Source: Octopus sinensis (taxonomy: Eukaryota). From it: a stretch of DNA of 64,000 nucleotides. The notes beneath the pieces are model-generated. The model searched no databases, was not told the DNA's origin, and was given only the letters and a program-made list of their open reading frames with translations. Of the stretch, positions 13,140-26,250 are shown one piece after another. Each line of letters opens with the position of its first letter. Position 1 is the stretch's first letter. The stretch is from positions 75,144,001 through 75,208,000 of the forward strand of contig NC_043001.1 in the NCBI RefSeq assembly GCF_006345805.1, in the 5' to 3' direction. The position numbers and the translations under genes are program-made.

Positions 13140-13772
13140 AGGAAAGCATGGCTGTGTGGTTAGGAAGCTCGCTTTGCAACCACGTGATTCTGGGTTCAGT
13201 CCCATTGCACGGCATCTATATATTCTACTATAGCCTCGGGCTTCCCATTACTTTGTGAGTGAATCGATATACGGAAACTGGGTGATAGCAAGTCGTACAC
13301 ACACACATAAAATAAATAAAGTGTTTAATCCTTGCGGTATGCAAATTAGTAGCTCCAGATCTTTGTAGCCACAGGAATTTTGTAGCGAAAATACAGATTG
13401 GCTGCTTGTTTTTCTAGAGTTGGTTAAATTTATGTAGACAACTCTGATTAGAACCCTGTATGGTTCGGATATCGAAGAGGGATGTTCATAATTTTTTTTC
13501 AATCTACGAGGAAATACATTTACCGTGTTTATACATTCACCACATAGGCCACATATATATGTATGAGTGTGTGTATATATATATTAAGTTTGTATATATA
13601 GGGGTGTGACTATCCCCACCACCACTTATCAACCAGTATTGGTTTGTTTACGCCTTAAAATGGTGGCGGACCCCACAGCTTCTGAGATCGATTCGTTCGA
13701 CTAAAATCCTTCAAGGAAGTGTCCCAGCATGGCCGTATTCTAATGACCGAAACAAATAAAAGGTAAAAAGAT
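13140..13772 (+). mobile_element. Family A SINE split into head (13140-13310) and tail (13600-13772)
   Basis: tggctgtgtggttaggaagc...gggttcagtccca head; cccagcatggccgtattctaatgaccgaaacaaataaaagg tail. Confidence 0.65.
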
Positions 13773-14540
13773 GACTAATAGATTAACTAAAAGGTCTAAC
13801 ATGATTTTATCGTGACCCGTAGTTGAAATACGGTTAAGTTTTAGCGAATTATCAGATTTTCAGGGAACAATTGGTAGGGACATGTTTATTTTAATTTTGA
13901 GTTTAAAAAAATTGATCAATCGTTTATCAGTGCCTCATTTTGGCTCAATAGACAGTACATCGTGGAAAGGAGATCAAAGATTGATAGGTTTTATTACGGC
14001 GGTGTTAATTAAGATCATTGATCGGTGATCAAATTAGTGCTAAATTTGGTGGACCATGCATATCTTTGAGCAAAAAACTTCTACATGCTATCTTTGAAAA
14101 TGATGCTGGAAGGACAAATTTCCAAAAGAAAATCCTAACTTAATCAGTTAATTAAAGAAAAGGTGAAATCAGTGTCTACAGTGATTTTAGTTTACACGAA
14201 CCATTCAGGCCTGGGTACACTGAGTAGTTGCCCGAGGGCTTCACGGGTCTTGGAGTTGAATTCTGATCTTAGTATGCTGTGGCTTTCTGTCAGTAAATAT
14301 ATACTATAGGACTAGTGCAGTGATTTTTCCCAGGGGTCTATCATGCAGCAAAAACGGCAATGAGTCAGATGTTAGAGTTATATTCTCCTAACTCGATGAT
14401 AAAAAGAAACTACATCTCGTTATCACCGTGGTACGTCGATTTGTGTGAAATGGTTGGAGATCCAGGTGAAAGGTTGAAGAGGTGAAATTCTTTAGTTAAC
14501 CTGCGAGGAATCTTATACTCTGGAATCTTATACGAAATTC

Positions 14541-14860
14541 TTCGAAGTAAACTTCGGATTTACTAATCAAACAGTAGTATAAATGTGATTGTATGATCTA
14601 CACGGATCTTAATGTTTCTCGCTGGTCGATCTAGATAGTCAACTGTGGATTACCACTCAGTGCTTACAAAGTACCTGCCCGGATTTTAAAATATTCCTAA
14701 GGGAATAGGTATTTTAAACTCCAGGCTGATACTTTATAAGCACTTAGTGGTAATTCACACTTTGCTAACTATATCGATCAGCGAGAAACATTAAGATCCG
14801 TGTAGACCATACAATTAACTTCTATTGCTGTTCGATTAGTAAATCCAAAGATCATTTCGA
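14541..14860. repeat. ~320-bp foldback (MITE-like hairpin)
   Basis: Arms are reverse complementary almost to the centre at ~14700, e.g. tacacggatcttaatgtttctcgctg / cagcgagaaacattaagatccgtgta. Confidence 0.85.
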
Positions 14861-14984
14861 GCTGACTGTATTTTAATGCTATTTGTGTAATTTCTTTTTC
14901 AGGAGAAAACTGCATTGAAAAGCCATTATAGATTCAAATACTCTCACACAGATTTAAACTGGTCTTAATATATATATATATATT

Positions 14985-15605
14985 GTTCAACAAGAGTAAA
15001 CAATATCAACGCTAAAGGCGCGAAATTGTAATGATCTTTTGGATGTTGACTGATGAGGAATAAGCTACGAATTTTCTGTTTGTTATGTCTTTGTATGAAA
15101 TATTTCCGCTGGTTGCGTCTTTGTTAAATTTTTGAAATATGTTTATGTAACGCTACGCAGTCCTGTTTTATCTTTTACTCATTTGTAAAATATTCTTTGA
15201 ATATATTTTGTGCGACATCTATTTCTGTCTCTTTCTCTTTCTTTGCTTCGCTTTTGCTTTCCTCTCATTCCCTTTCTCTCTCTTCCCTTCCTCAACACTT
15301 TACTTCTTCCTTCGTTCTGACTTTTTATATGACTTTCTCTAGTCTCCAGTCCTACAGGACATTTTCAGTTTCCTTTGCGTTACTCCATATATTGCGGCCG
15401 CACGGCTTTTTGTTGTATATGTAGGTTTTATTTGGTCGTTTTTATTTTCGTCAATCTCCTATACATCCGTTAGCTATTCTCAGTGGCTTTATGCCACTGG
15501 TGCCACCAAGAGTGAACAATATCAACGTTAAAGGCACGAAAGTGTAAGGATTCTTTAGACATTGCCTGATGAGGAATAAGCTACGAATTTTCGGTTATGT
15601 TTTTA
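14985..15605 (+). mobile_element. Non-coding element with ~95-bp terminal direct repeats (period 516) between (TA)n tracts
   Basis: 14991-15085 is similar to 15507-15600; both contain CTGATGAGGAATAAGCTACGAATTTTC. Confidence 0.65.
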
Positions 15606-15619
15606 TAATATATATAATA

Positions 15620-15688
<69 letters not shown>

Positions 15689-15689
<1 letters not shown>

Positions 15690-16150
15690 CGAGCAAAACG
15701 CCCCCCGTCCAATGGACGGTGATGAGTTTTCAAATATTTAAGTAAAATTTTCTCAAAACAACTTGTCCGACCGTCCCATAGGCGTCCCCTTTGAGAAACG
15801 CCGATTTAACCTAAAATTGAGACACCAGCAAAATAAGAATTAAAGATAGACTTTTTTCTGTTCCAAAGATAAACGATTTTATTCACTTTATCGATCGCAT
15901 TCTCACCTAGAATCGAACTTCCAACAAATAGAAGGTGCATTTATGTACAGGTCGACGGAAGAAAAGCAGGAAAAAAACGGCTTTATCGATCGCATTCTCA
16001 CCTGGAATTGATTTTTGTAATTTGTTCAAGATTTATACACGCCCTGATACCGTCGGTATCTACATATTAAATTTGAGCGCAATCGGATGGTGGATGCCCG
16101 AGATCCTAGAAGACACATACACACACAGAGACAGAACGATTTTATATATA
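15689..16150 (-). mobile_element. Non-autonomous Helitron (same family as 40628-41173)
   Basis: The minus-strand 3' end has the hairpin ccgtcc-att-ggacgg followed by CTCG|T; inserted in TA. Confidence 0.7.
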
Positions 16151-18648
16151 TATATATGTATGTATATATGTATATTTATAATTCGGCATACTTGAAAGTC
16201 ATAGAGTGCACTTACCTTTTAAAAACTGTTTTCAACTTTCCAGAAGAAATGACACATTCGTACAACTGCGGTAAATTAAGAGAGAAAATGTATTGAATCG
16301 TATCACTAACCAAAATAGAAGCTAGTTTTGGAGAAAAAATATCACGTGGTTAAGCCATCTATGATTAATCAACCAGAAGATTGATTACAATACACATGCC
16401 GTGAAGTAAAACAATAAAAGCTAATAAAACACTGTTTTCGTTTGAGATTTTATTAATTAAATGAACCAAGAGCTGACAACATTATTTAAAAGATTTTATG
16501 ACCGTCAGAAGCGTTTAAGCAATAAAAAAGTAGTGAGGATAACGAAGAGATTAACCGCATGAGAGTGGATAATATCTAAGAACTATTTTAGTATTTGATC
16601 ACTGAGAGATCGAATCACACAAGAACTAACTTTCTTTATCAATCTTGCTGGCTCAATAAGTACCAGTAACGAACTAAAGCCGATACAACTCATTATACCC
16701 TTCTCACTTCTTACACAAGTATTATACAATTTAACTGTGTCTGGTAAAGACGAAGCAATGCTTCGGTCAGTAGACAGGCTCATGCTCAAAATACAGAATA
16801 TGAAGGAAATTAACAAACATTTAAGGATTTGCATTATTTTGCAGAAAGTAATCCTAGTTATTACAAAAGTCACTCACTAATATGTTATTATATCGATTAT
16901 ATCGATTAAAATTTAAAATGTTAAATTAGTGTTATAAATCCGTTATGTGCAACAGAAAAACTGTTAGATAAAACTAGCTGCCTGTGTATCATACTTAACG
17001 CAAAAACATTATGTAAAGTGCGATATTCGACCGGAAATATCTCTAATGGATATACTGTGTTGAATAGCACAAATATATCAGCAGCAGACTAAAATTGTCC
17101 TGTAGCGGTGGCTAAAATGCTAGATGTGAATCTCTGCCTCTCTTGGCGTTGTCTGTAACATGTACCTAGTGGCAACCAAATGCTAAGCCAAAATCCGATG
17201 TCACTAATATAGGGAAACTACGATTCAAAAAGAGAGGACAGATAATTGCTATTAGCTGTCTGGTCATAAATTAAATGTATCATAAATTAAGGATTAGCAG
17301 TTTTATCTCTGAAGAATATGCTAAAAGCATATTCGTAAGCTAGATGGTTTGGCTTCGTATGTAGGCATCAGGATTACGCTTCAAGATTAAATATCAAGCT
17401 TAGGCATCAGGATTAGGCATCAAAATTAGACATAAGAATTATGATGTCTAATGACAAATAAAGAGTAGTATCGATATTTGTGTGACAAGAAACAATCAAC
17501 ATTAATAAACCAGCTTAAAAGAATGAAGACGTTCATCTTACCATTAATCTTCAGTATTCATCTTTAAAATCAAACATTGCCTTTCTTTTTAATCTAGACA
17601 CAATATTAAGTAGAAATGTTAAGAGTTGTTAGAAAGAGAGAGAAAGAGAAAGTGAAGGGGGAAGATTAAATGAGATTGTGTGAAATTTGTGCATGAAGTG
17701 AAATGAAACAGTTATAATTTATATTCCAATTTGTTTTCCTACACGATAATGTGAGCTTATCTTCTATCGTTCGTTTCTGGTCCATGCAGTAAAAGAACTT
17801 GTAAACAACTATGAACTTAACAGCTTATCTTCCTCTTACGTACTAGCTAAATTTCTAAGAACATTTGACAGCAACGATATTCCAACTTAAGTTTTATACT
17901 AATTTTAGATCTGAGTGGGCTAGAACAATGTGAAATGAAATGTTTTGCTGAAGAACTCATCACGCTACCCAGTCTGGGAACAGAAACCCTGTTCTTCTGA
18001 TCGAGAGTGTAACACCTTAACCAGTAAGCCATATGCCTTCACTAGTTCACGTTCCATTGTTCCATACTGTATCTACTGGTCTTTCGTAGTCGAAAGACCA
18101 ACAGACACAGTATGAGTTCGTTCTATTGTGGTAGAATAAACAAAAATTTCCAAAATTTCCAAGGGACAAAACAATCAAATGGCCAATGGCATCTTAGATT
18201 ATTGAGTAAATAAACAATCCATGATGTTAACTTCTGCTTCAGCTGTAATTACAGCTAGAGCATATCACGAGTCCTTGCATCTCATGTCTGAGTAATGTTG
18301 TAGTCGTAGGAGAAGTTGTGCGGTTAAAACATTTCAGTGACTTTTCAGACGCTGTATTCCTTTATTAGTGACGACGGATTTCCTCTAAGCATGCGGTTGC
18401 CAGACAGCACGTGCTACTGATAGCCCCCAAAGGGCAGAAAGGCACATCTAGTATGTCTATCACTGCTGCAGGATGATTTTCAATGGCTACTAATATCTTT
18501 GCATTATTTATCACAGTACATTTATCAAATATACTATCTCAAGACGAATGCTGTAGTTAATTTTGCTTTTCATCATATATTTTCATTGAGTACGGTACAT
18601 AGATGGCAGTTTTAATCTAATATTTCTTCTGTTGCATATAATAGATGG

Positions 18649-18715
<67 letters not shown>

Positions 18716-18796
18716 TTAAAAATAGGATAAAATCTTCATAACAATTCATCAAGTAGTTAGCGTGAAAAACCTCATAAGAGAAAATATCCATCAATT

Positions 18797-19287
18797 TTTT
18801 CACTTGAATATATTTATTTATATTATATAGCGGGCATTATTACACATAAATACCACACGCTAGGAGGGACTCTTAAAGTCAAAACTACTAAAATAAATAA
18901 ACATGTCATACCGAATGCAACTCTCGAAGCAAGTCATTTAAAAACAGAATTCAGCTGCATATCACCTGTGATTTCGTAATCAGTGCAGTGGTGTGCCCTC
19001 TTTACTCCCCAGTGCAAGCATAATTCAAGATTTATAATGAATGAACAAAAACAACATACCAGGCGAACAACCATCGTATCCAACGCAGCATGTAGAAATG
19101 TTCACTCCTTATACATCTATGTAAATGGCGGGCATTTTCACTTAAATATATTTATATTATATAGAGGGAATTATTACACATAAATGCCAAATGACTTGCT
19201 TCGAGAGTTGCTTTCGGTACGATATGTATATTTATTTTAGTAGTTTTGACTTTAAGAGTCCCTCCTAGCGTGTGGCATTTATGTAAC
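18797..19287. repeat. Inverted (18845-18939/19189-19285) and direct (18797-18858/19135-19188) repeats next to a Helitron fragment
   Basis: cacacgctaggagggactcttaaagtcaaaactactaaaataaata is inverted at ~19230-19275. Confidence 0.7.
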
Positions 19288-19289
19288 GT

Positions 19290-20810
19290 TCAATAACGCC
19301 GTTTACAACGAGGCATTACTTGACCTGGACACTTGAGTGCAAGCTATGAGAGATCAAAGCGTTGAAACATTTGGTCTCCCTCAACTGGAGCAGGCAGCAG
19401 ACAATCTCGTAATTCAGTACCTGCGAGAAATCAGCTATGACATCGAGGAAATGACGGCGTGTATAGCTGATAACGAACACAAACTGAAAGAGGAGCAATT
19501 GGGTGTTTATAAGACTATTATTTCAAGCAGTGAAAGTGAAAGAGAAGGTCATTTCTTTCTGGAACTGGCAAGACATTTATCATCAACCTTCTTCTGGCTA
19601 AACTGCACCAAATGAAACACATTACTATAGCAGTGGCGTCAAGTGGAATTGTTGCGACTCTACTAAGTGGTGGCCGCACAGCACATTCCTGTTTCAAATT
19701 CCCTTTGAACCTGTCCAAGAAAGAGAAAGCAAACTGCAACACCAGTCGTGGTCCTTAACAGTCAAACTTCTGGGTGAATACAGGTTGATCATCTAGGATA
19801 AGGCGACAATGAGCCATAAGGTTTCCTTTGGAGCTATTGACATGGCCCTTCAGGATCTGAGATACAACACCAGACTCATGGGATGTTCCATAGTCTTGCT
19901 TTCAGGAAACTTTAGACAAACCCTTCCCGTGGTTCCGAAGGGTACAGAGCTGAGGAAGTAAATGCCAGCATAAAGTCGTCCTACCTATGGAACAGTGTGC
20001 AAAAGTTAAGACTCACAACCAGCATGAGACTGCAGCTCAGTAGTGATGATGCAGACAGAACCTTTTCACAGCAACTGTTGGATATCGGTAATGGCACTTC
20101 GGTTGGTGAGAAGAATGAGCGGTTAGGTTTGCTTTTTGGACATATAATATCTGATTTAAAGGAACTAATGAATAAGGTGTTTCCTAATTTGAGGAATCAG
20201 TTTACAGACCACAACTGGCTGAAAACCCATGCCATTTTAGGTCCAAAGAATGTGGCAGTTGATGATTTGAAAATTAAATTTCTGGAACAGTTACCAGGTG
20301 AGCGTCACATCTACTATTGCCACTGTACTCAACGTCAATGAAGCTGTGAATTATCCAGTTGAATTCTTGAATAGTCTAACACCACCAGGCCTACCACCTC
20401 ACAACTTGCACCACCTCAAGATTGGAGCACCAGTTATGCTGCTTCGAAACCTCGATCCACCAAAGCTTTGCAATGACACACGACTTGTAATAAAGAAGAT
20501 GATGCTAACAGTCTCGGAGACAACAATTTTGACAGGTAAGGCAAGCGGGGAGTTTGCATTCATTCCTGTATTATTCCCTCGGATATGCCTTTCCAGTACA
20601 AGCGCTTGCAATTCTCGTTGAAACTGAGTTTTGCAATGAGCCCAGGGGCAGTCTTGGGATGTGGTAGGTCTGAACCTTGCGGAACCAGTTTTCTCTCATG
20701 GCCAACTTTATGTGGGATACTCAAGAGTCGGCAATCCTAATCATTTGTTTATTTATGCCCCACAAGGAAAGACCAAAAATGTTGTTTATCAAGAACCTCT
20801 GCAAACTTAA
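19290..20810 (+). pseudogene. Helitron RepHel PIF1 helicase region, decayed
   Basis: [80 protein letters not shown]. Confidence 0.9.
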
Positions 20811-21457
20811 TAAGATTCACAAAATCATTAGGTATTTATTATTTAACTGTAATATTCGTTATTTAATTTTTAAATCTGTATCCAAATTTATTTGTATTTC
20901 TACTGTAAAACTAAATATCAGTCTGTTTCTACACTCGTTGTAAATTCATTTCAACACTAGTGCCCCTAAGGGTTATATTTTCTGGGAACGCACAAAAACC
21001 CTATTCAGAGTTATTTACTTTGAATTGTCATTATTTCATATCTGATTCGCCTGTTTTTACGTAACATGCTTCACGATTTTGGTATACATAACTTATTGGT
21101 ATTTCCTCCTAAATTCTATATACTTTGGAAACGCATTAAAGCCCTTTTCGGGGCTACTTTATTCGAATTCATACTATCACGTAACTAATATCATATTATT
21201 AATTAACTGACTTCACGATTTGGGTATTCATAACTTATTGGGATTGCCTAAAAACAAAATCCTATGTAATACGATTCAGACATATTTTAGATATAAATAT
21301 TGCAACTAATCTTTCTTCTCAAAAATAAGGTTAATACCCCACCCACACATTGTGATTTTATTGATAACAGCCCACTTTAGACAAACATTCAGATAAAAAA
21401 CGAAAAACAAATCCGAATTGAATCCATATATGTATGTGTGTGTGCGTGCGTGAATAT

Positions 21458-21693
21458 CTACCTACCTACCTACCTACCTACCTACCTACCTACCTACCTA
21501 CCTACCTACCTACCTACCTACATACATACATACCTACCTACCTACCTACCTACCTACCTACCTATCTACCTACCTACCTACCTACAAACCTACCTACCTA
21601 CCTACCTACCTACCTACCTACCTACATACATACATACATACCTACCTACCTACCTACATACATACATACCTACATACCTACCTACCTACATAC
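21458..21693. repeat. (CTAC)n/(CATA)n microsatellite
   Basis: Direct reading. Confidence 0.95.
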
Positions 21694-22106
21694 ATGCATT
21701 AGTTCATATACACATACACACACATAAACACACATACACACACATATACATATAAATGTATACATATATGTATGCACATACACACACACATATATATATA
21801 TATATACAAACAAGCAAATGTATATGCACATACACACACACATACACACACACACATACACACACACATATATATAAATATATGTTAATGCCATATCGCC
21901 GGAAGAAATGAATTCATGAACATGATCTACACAATATTCATGGATACTACGGACTGTACTGCAATCATTTCAGGAATGCGGACTATGATCTTAAGTAACA
22001 TGTGATATGTGGAAACGTGCGTAGCAATGCATTAAATCATTTATAAATTCCACCCAAAGATTATTATTATTATTACTATATATAAAAATACACATATATA
22101 GATACA

Positions 22107-22255
<149 letters not shown>

Positions 22256-22503
22256 TAGTAATGCAATAATAGAGTATTGCTTTCCAGTAAAGAATAGCCC
22301 GTGAGGGAAAAATATACAAAGAAGTAAATATATGGCACAACGAAGTACCGATATTTACTGGAAATAGCGAACGTAATAATACGACGCTAATGTATAGCTT
22401 CACCGCGTATGTACTAGCAAAAATGCGTGTGTGCAACAAACTAGAAAAAATTGTCTTACTTCCAGGGAGAACATCTGAAAGATGAAATACCTGGAAAAGG
22501 GTA

Positions 22504-22584
22504 ATGTGGGACCTGTGCAGGTTTCAGATTTTTCAAGATATGTCTGCCACCCATAAACTTGATCTATCTTCATCAGCCAAACAT
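22504..22584 (-). ncRNA. Type I hammerhead ribozyme (inverted copy)
   Basis: Near-exact reverse complement of 22863-22943 with an intact core. Confidence 0.8.
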
Positions 22585-22862
22585 ATACCACGACAATCTT
22601 TCAGATGTTACCACATTAATGCCATTACACTCGACTGAAACGCCGAAACGCTAACAGTAAATATCGGTACTTCGTTGTGCCATATATTTACTTCTTTGTA
22701 TATTTTTCCCTCACGGGCTATTCTTTACTGGAAAGCAATACTCTAGTATTGCATTACTAATTTATCGAAACTTCTTCACCGTTCTCGTGCTGTTAGCGTT
22801 TCGGCGTTTCAGTCGAGTGTAATGGTATTAATGTGGTAACATCTGAAAGGTTGTCGTGGTAT

Positions 22863-22943
22863 ATGTTTGGCTGATGAAGATAGATCAAGTTTATGGGCGG
22901 CAGACATATCTTGAAAAATCTGAAACCTGCACAGGTCCCACAT
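22863..22943 (+). ncRNA. Type I hammerhead ribozyme
   Basis: atgtttgg-CTGATGA-agat..tcaag...cttga..atct-GAAA-cctg-ca-cag-GTC-ccacat. Confidence 0.85.
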
Positions 22944-23128
22944 TATCCTTTTCCAGGTATTTCATCTTTCAGATGCTCTCCCTGGAAGTAAGACAATTTT
23001 TTCTAGTTTGTTGCACACACGCATTTTTGCTAGTACATACGCGGTGAAGCTATACATTAGCGTCGTATTATTACGTTCGCTATTTCCAGTAAATATCGGT
23101 ACTTCGTTGTGCCATATATTTACTTCTT

Positions 23129-23194
<66 letters not shown>

Positions 23195-24227
23195 TATATA
23201 TATAATATATATATTATATATATATATAAACACACTGTACATAGTTCGAGGATGTGTTCATCTTTATCTGTAAAACTGGTGTATCCAAAATATTGATAAT
23301 TTACTATGAACAGAAACTAAATATAAAGAAAGGAAAACCATGTTCTTATTTTCTATTGAACTTATTATAATCAGATTTCGCCACCGTTATAACTAAAATA
23401 ATGACGTCGTCCATGTACAGCCATAGAAGTGATAGCAGAGAAAAGTGTAGCCATTAAGTTCTGAAAAATTACAGGTGCACACTTGATATCAAAAGGAAAC
23501 TTAGTTTGCTGGTATAAAAAAAAAGTGTTGCGTATATGAATGACTCCATCATTTGTCCTACTATTTTCATTTATTGCTCAGTCAATATTCTCTTGATAAC
23601 AAACGTTAATAAAGCGAACAACCCATAAATCAAATGTCTTTATTCTAATTAATTACCAGCATTACTATTTTTTTAGAAATATTTTTCACATCAAAAGATT
23701 TAGCAGATATTACTTTGTTTACAAAATTGATCTGGCAGTAAATTTCTCCAGATCAACATATTTTACGTCAAGATGCATGTTTCAGATGAGAGTGTGAACT
23801 TTATGAATACTCGCTAAATCAATTGTTTCTCCCAGTGTTGTTTGAAATAATATCTATGTGCGATCTATATGGGATGTCGTTAATTAGAATTTCGATAAAG
23901 TTTCTGGAACTTAATATTAACCATCTCAAAAAGATCGAATTGACTATTGATTTGGCTTGTATTGACTAATATTCTACAATGACCTTTAAAAAGTATTTAC
24001 TCTACATCAATAAGAAGAATGTTTGTAGCTACTCCTGCTACATCTTTATTAAAGTGTTATATTGTGAAGTAAGCAGTAGAGTTACTTTTACACTTGCCAG
24101 TGTAAATTTAGTAAATATGAACCATAAACAAAAATAAAAATTCTTCACCATAAAAGTATACCAAAGTAAACTATCTACGTGTTACTTTAAGCAATCTACA
24201 AAACATTCATCTAAAATAAACGTCACA

Positions 24228-24575
24228 ACGTGTTTAATTAAGTAGAACATGAAATATTAAAAAGTTAAAGTAGAAATTGGAAATATCTATATGTTTAGTT
24301 AACCAGAACATGAAATATCTACGTATTTAGTTAGCCAGAACAATAAATATCTACGTGTTTACTTAACCAGAACATGAAACATCTACTTGTTTTACATGTT
24401 TGGTTCATCAGAAAATGAAGTATTTACGTGTTTAATTAACCAAAACATGAAATATCTACATGTTTAGTTAAGCCAGAACATGCAATATCAACGTGACCAA
24501 TATGTTTAGTTAATCGGAGCATGAAATATCTACGTGTTTAGTTAACTAGAACATGAAATAGATTGTTTAATTAAC
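24228..24575. repeat. Minisatellite with a ~31-32 bp unit (acgtgtttagttaaccagaacatgaaatatct)
   Basis: About 9 degenerate copies. Confidence 0.85.
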
Positions 24576-24599
24576 CCATCTAAGAAATATTCTGAAGAC

Positions 24600-25660
24600 T
24601 TTTGTCTGTCAATTTCGAGCACTCAAGAGCTATCCCGAGTAGCACACACTGTAGCTACGCAACTGCAACTATAGCCTTTGATTTGTTGTAAGCATGTAAC
24701 AGATCGGCTATTTCGAGTAGAAGTTCCTTTCATATTGTCATTCAGTGTCAGCCAATTTCTTCCTTTTGTTTACTCCAGCAATACACACCACTACCTTTGA
24801 CACACGCTCTCTTAGTTGTATCACCACGGAAACGTGTAGAGTCTTTGATCCGGTCCAGCAGTTCCCTACTTTGCTATCTTTTCTAATTGCTTTCAAATAT
24901 TTCTTTCTGTGAAACTTTTGGCGCATCAACATTTTCAACGCAATTTCCTACTTTCTTTATCCACAATATTTTATTAGTGTACTTGGTATTTTTTTTCACA
25001 AATTTCTTCCCCAAACAACTGGTTTTCTTCAAGTTCACTCATATGTTATAATACGGCTTTTAGTTTGAGTGAGAAATGCACTTTTGTTTCTATTTGTGAT
25101 TCCCTTCTTCGATTTTCTGGTTTTAGCAGATTTTGCTTTTGCTGTCTATTTTGGTTCTTGAATCGTAGTACTAATTTTTTCTATTTATCTTACTGATATA
25201 TTCCCTCCGTTCCACTTCTGTCTTCTTTCTTTAATTTACTCTAATTTTATTTCCAAAAACCACTTATCTTTATTAGTATCCACCTTTTTCACCAAGGCAT
25301 CTACTGATCTTCCTTTTGTTCTTTTCCGGATTTACATTATTACCCACTAATACCAATGTGTTGGTATCTTTAATATTTTCACAGAAAAACTTATCAATCA
25401 CACTGTGTACATTTAATATTCTTTCTTAAACTTCGTTACTTGGTTCGATCCAATGTTGTTAAATTAAGTGACGTTACGGTCTTTTGTTCTTTCAAGTCTT
25501 GCCCCAGTTTTTCAAGGATCTCTAGTTGGTCGTCATAAAGGCTGTCCACACCTAATTCTTTCTTCTTGCATGCCGCATCTTGTCCATGAGTAAAATCCTT
25601 GAGTTATATTCTCCTAACTCGATGATAAGAAGGAACTACGTTTAGTTATCATTGTGGTAT
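24600..25660 (-). mobile_element. Possible decayed LINE 5' end/ORF1
   Basis: Purine-rich minus strand with a VVVCIAGVN fragment (possibly SGNH-like); the 5'-most ~60 bp recurs at 14375-14434. Confidence 0.35.
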
Positions 25661-26015
25661 ACCTATTTGATACCAGAGTTAGTTAAAAGAACAAAGAGCA
25701 TTTAAAAAGTTAGCATTGTTATGATACTGCCAATTATCGTTGAAGCTTTGGGAAATGTAAGAAAGTTTTTGAGAACAAACCCCAGAAATTTAGATCTTGA
25801 TCTGGGAGCGGATGCAGCTCAGAAAATCTGTTTACTTAATTCAATAAGAATTATTCGGAAATACCTCCTTTCAAAGTAGGGAAGCAGTATGGATTTCAGA
25901 AAGTGACATTTTTTAATAGCAGGAACAAAATCCCAAACTACAAAAACACTTATTCAAAAGTACAAGTTGTTGTGTAAGAGAAAGAATAATTAAACCAGCT
26001 ATAGCATCAGTATAT

Positions 26016-26250
26016 GAGGCTACATGGTCTGATGGTTAGGATGTAGTCTCGATCGAAAGATCGTGCTTTCGATTCCCGGACCGGGCGACGCGTTGTGTTC
26101 TTGAACAAAACAGTTCATTTCACGTTGCATCATTTCACTCTGCTGTAAATGGGTAACCTTGCAGCGAACTAGTGTACTGTTCAGGGGAAATGTAATCTTG
26201 GCCACTTATACTCTATGGAAGAGAATAACCGGCCCTATCAATCCTAAAAC
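26016..26250 (+). mobile_element. tRNA-derived SINE, family C (related copies ~17900-18040 -, ~43180-43390 +, ~55713-55950 +)
   Basis: atggtctgatggttagg...ttcgattcccggaccgg...ttgtgttcttgaacaaaacagttcatttcacgttgc. Confidence 0.6.

Noticed and set aside
16583-16873. 96-aa ORF as a host gene
   Set aside because: No recognisable motif or supporting splice structure; probably chance or decayed TE sequence.
22400-23047. Twin 63-aa ORFs on opposite strands
   Set aside because: They result from the inverted duplication, start at GTG, overlap the hammerhead and show no recognisable protein motif.
24228-24575. CRISPR-like array
   Set aside because: Tandem units without unique spacers, eukaryotic context and no cas genes.
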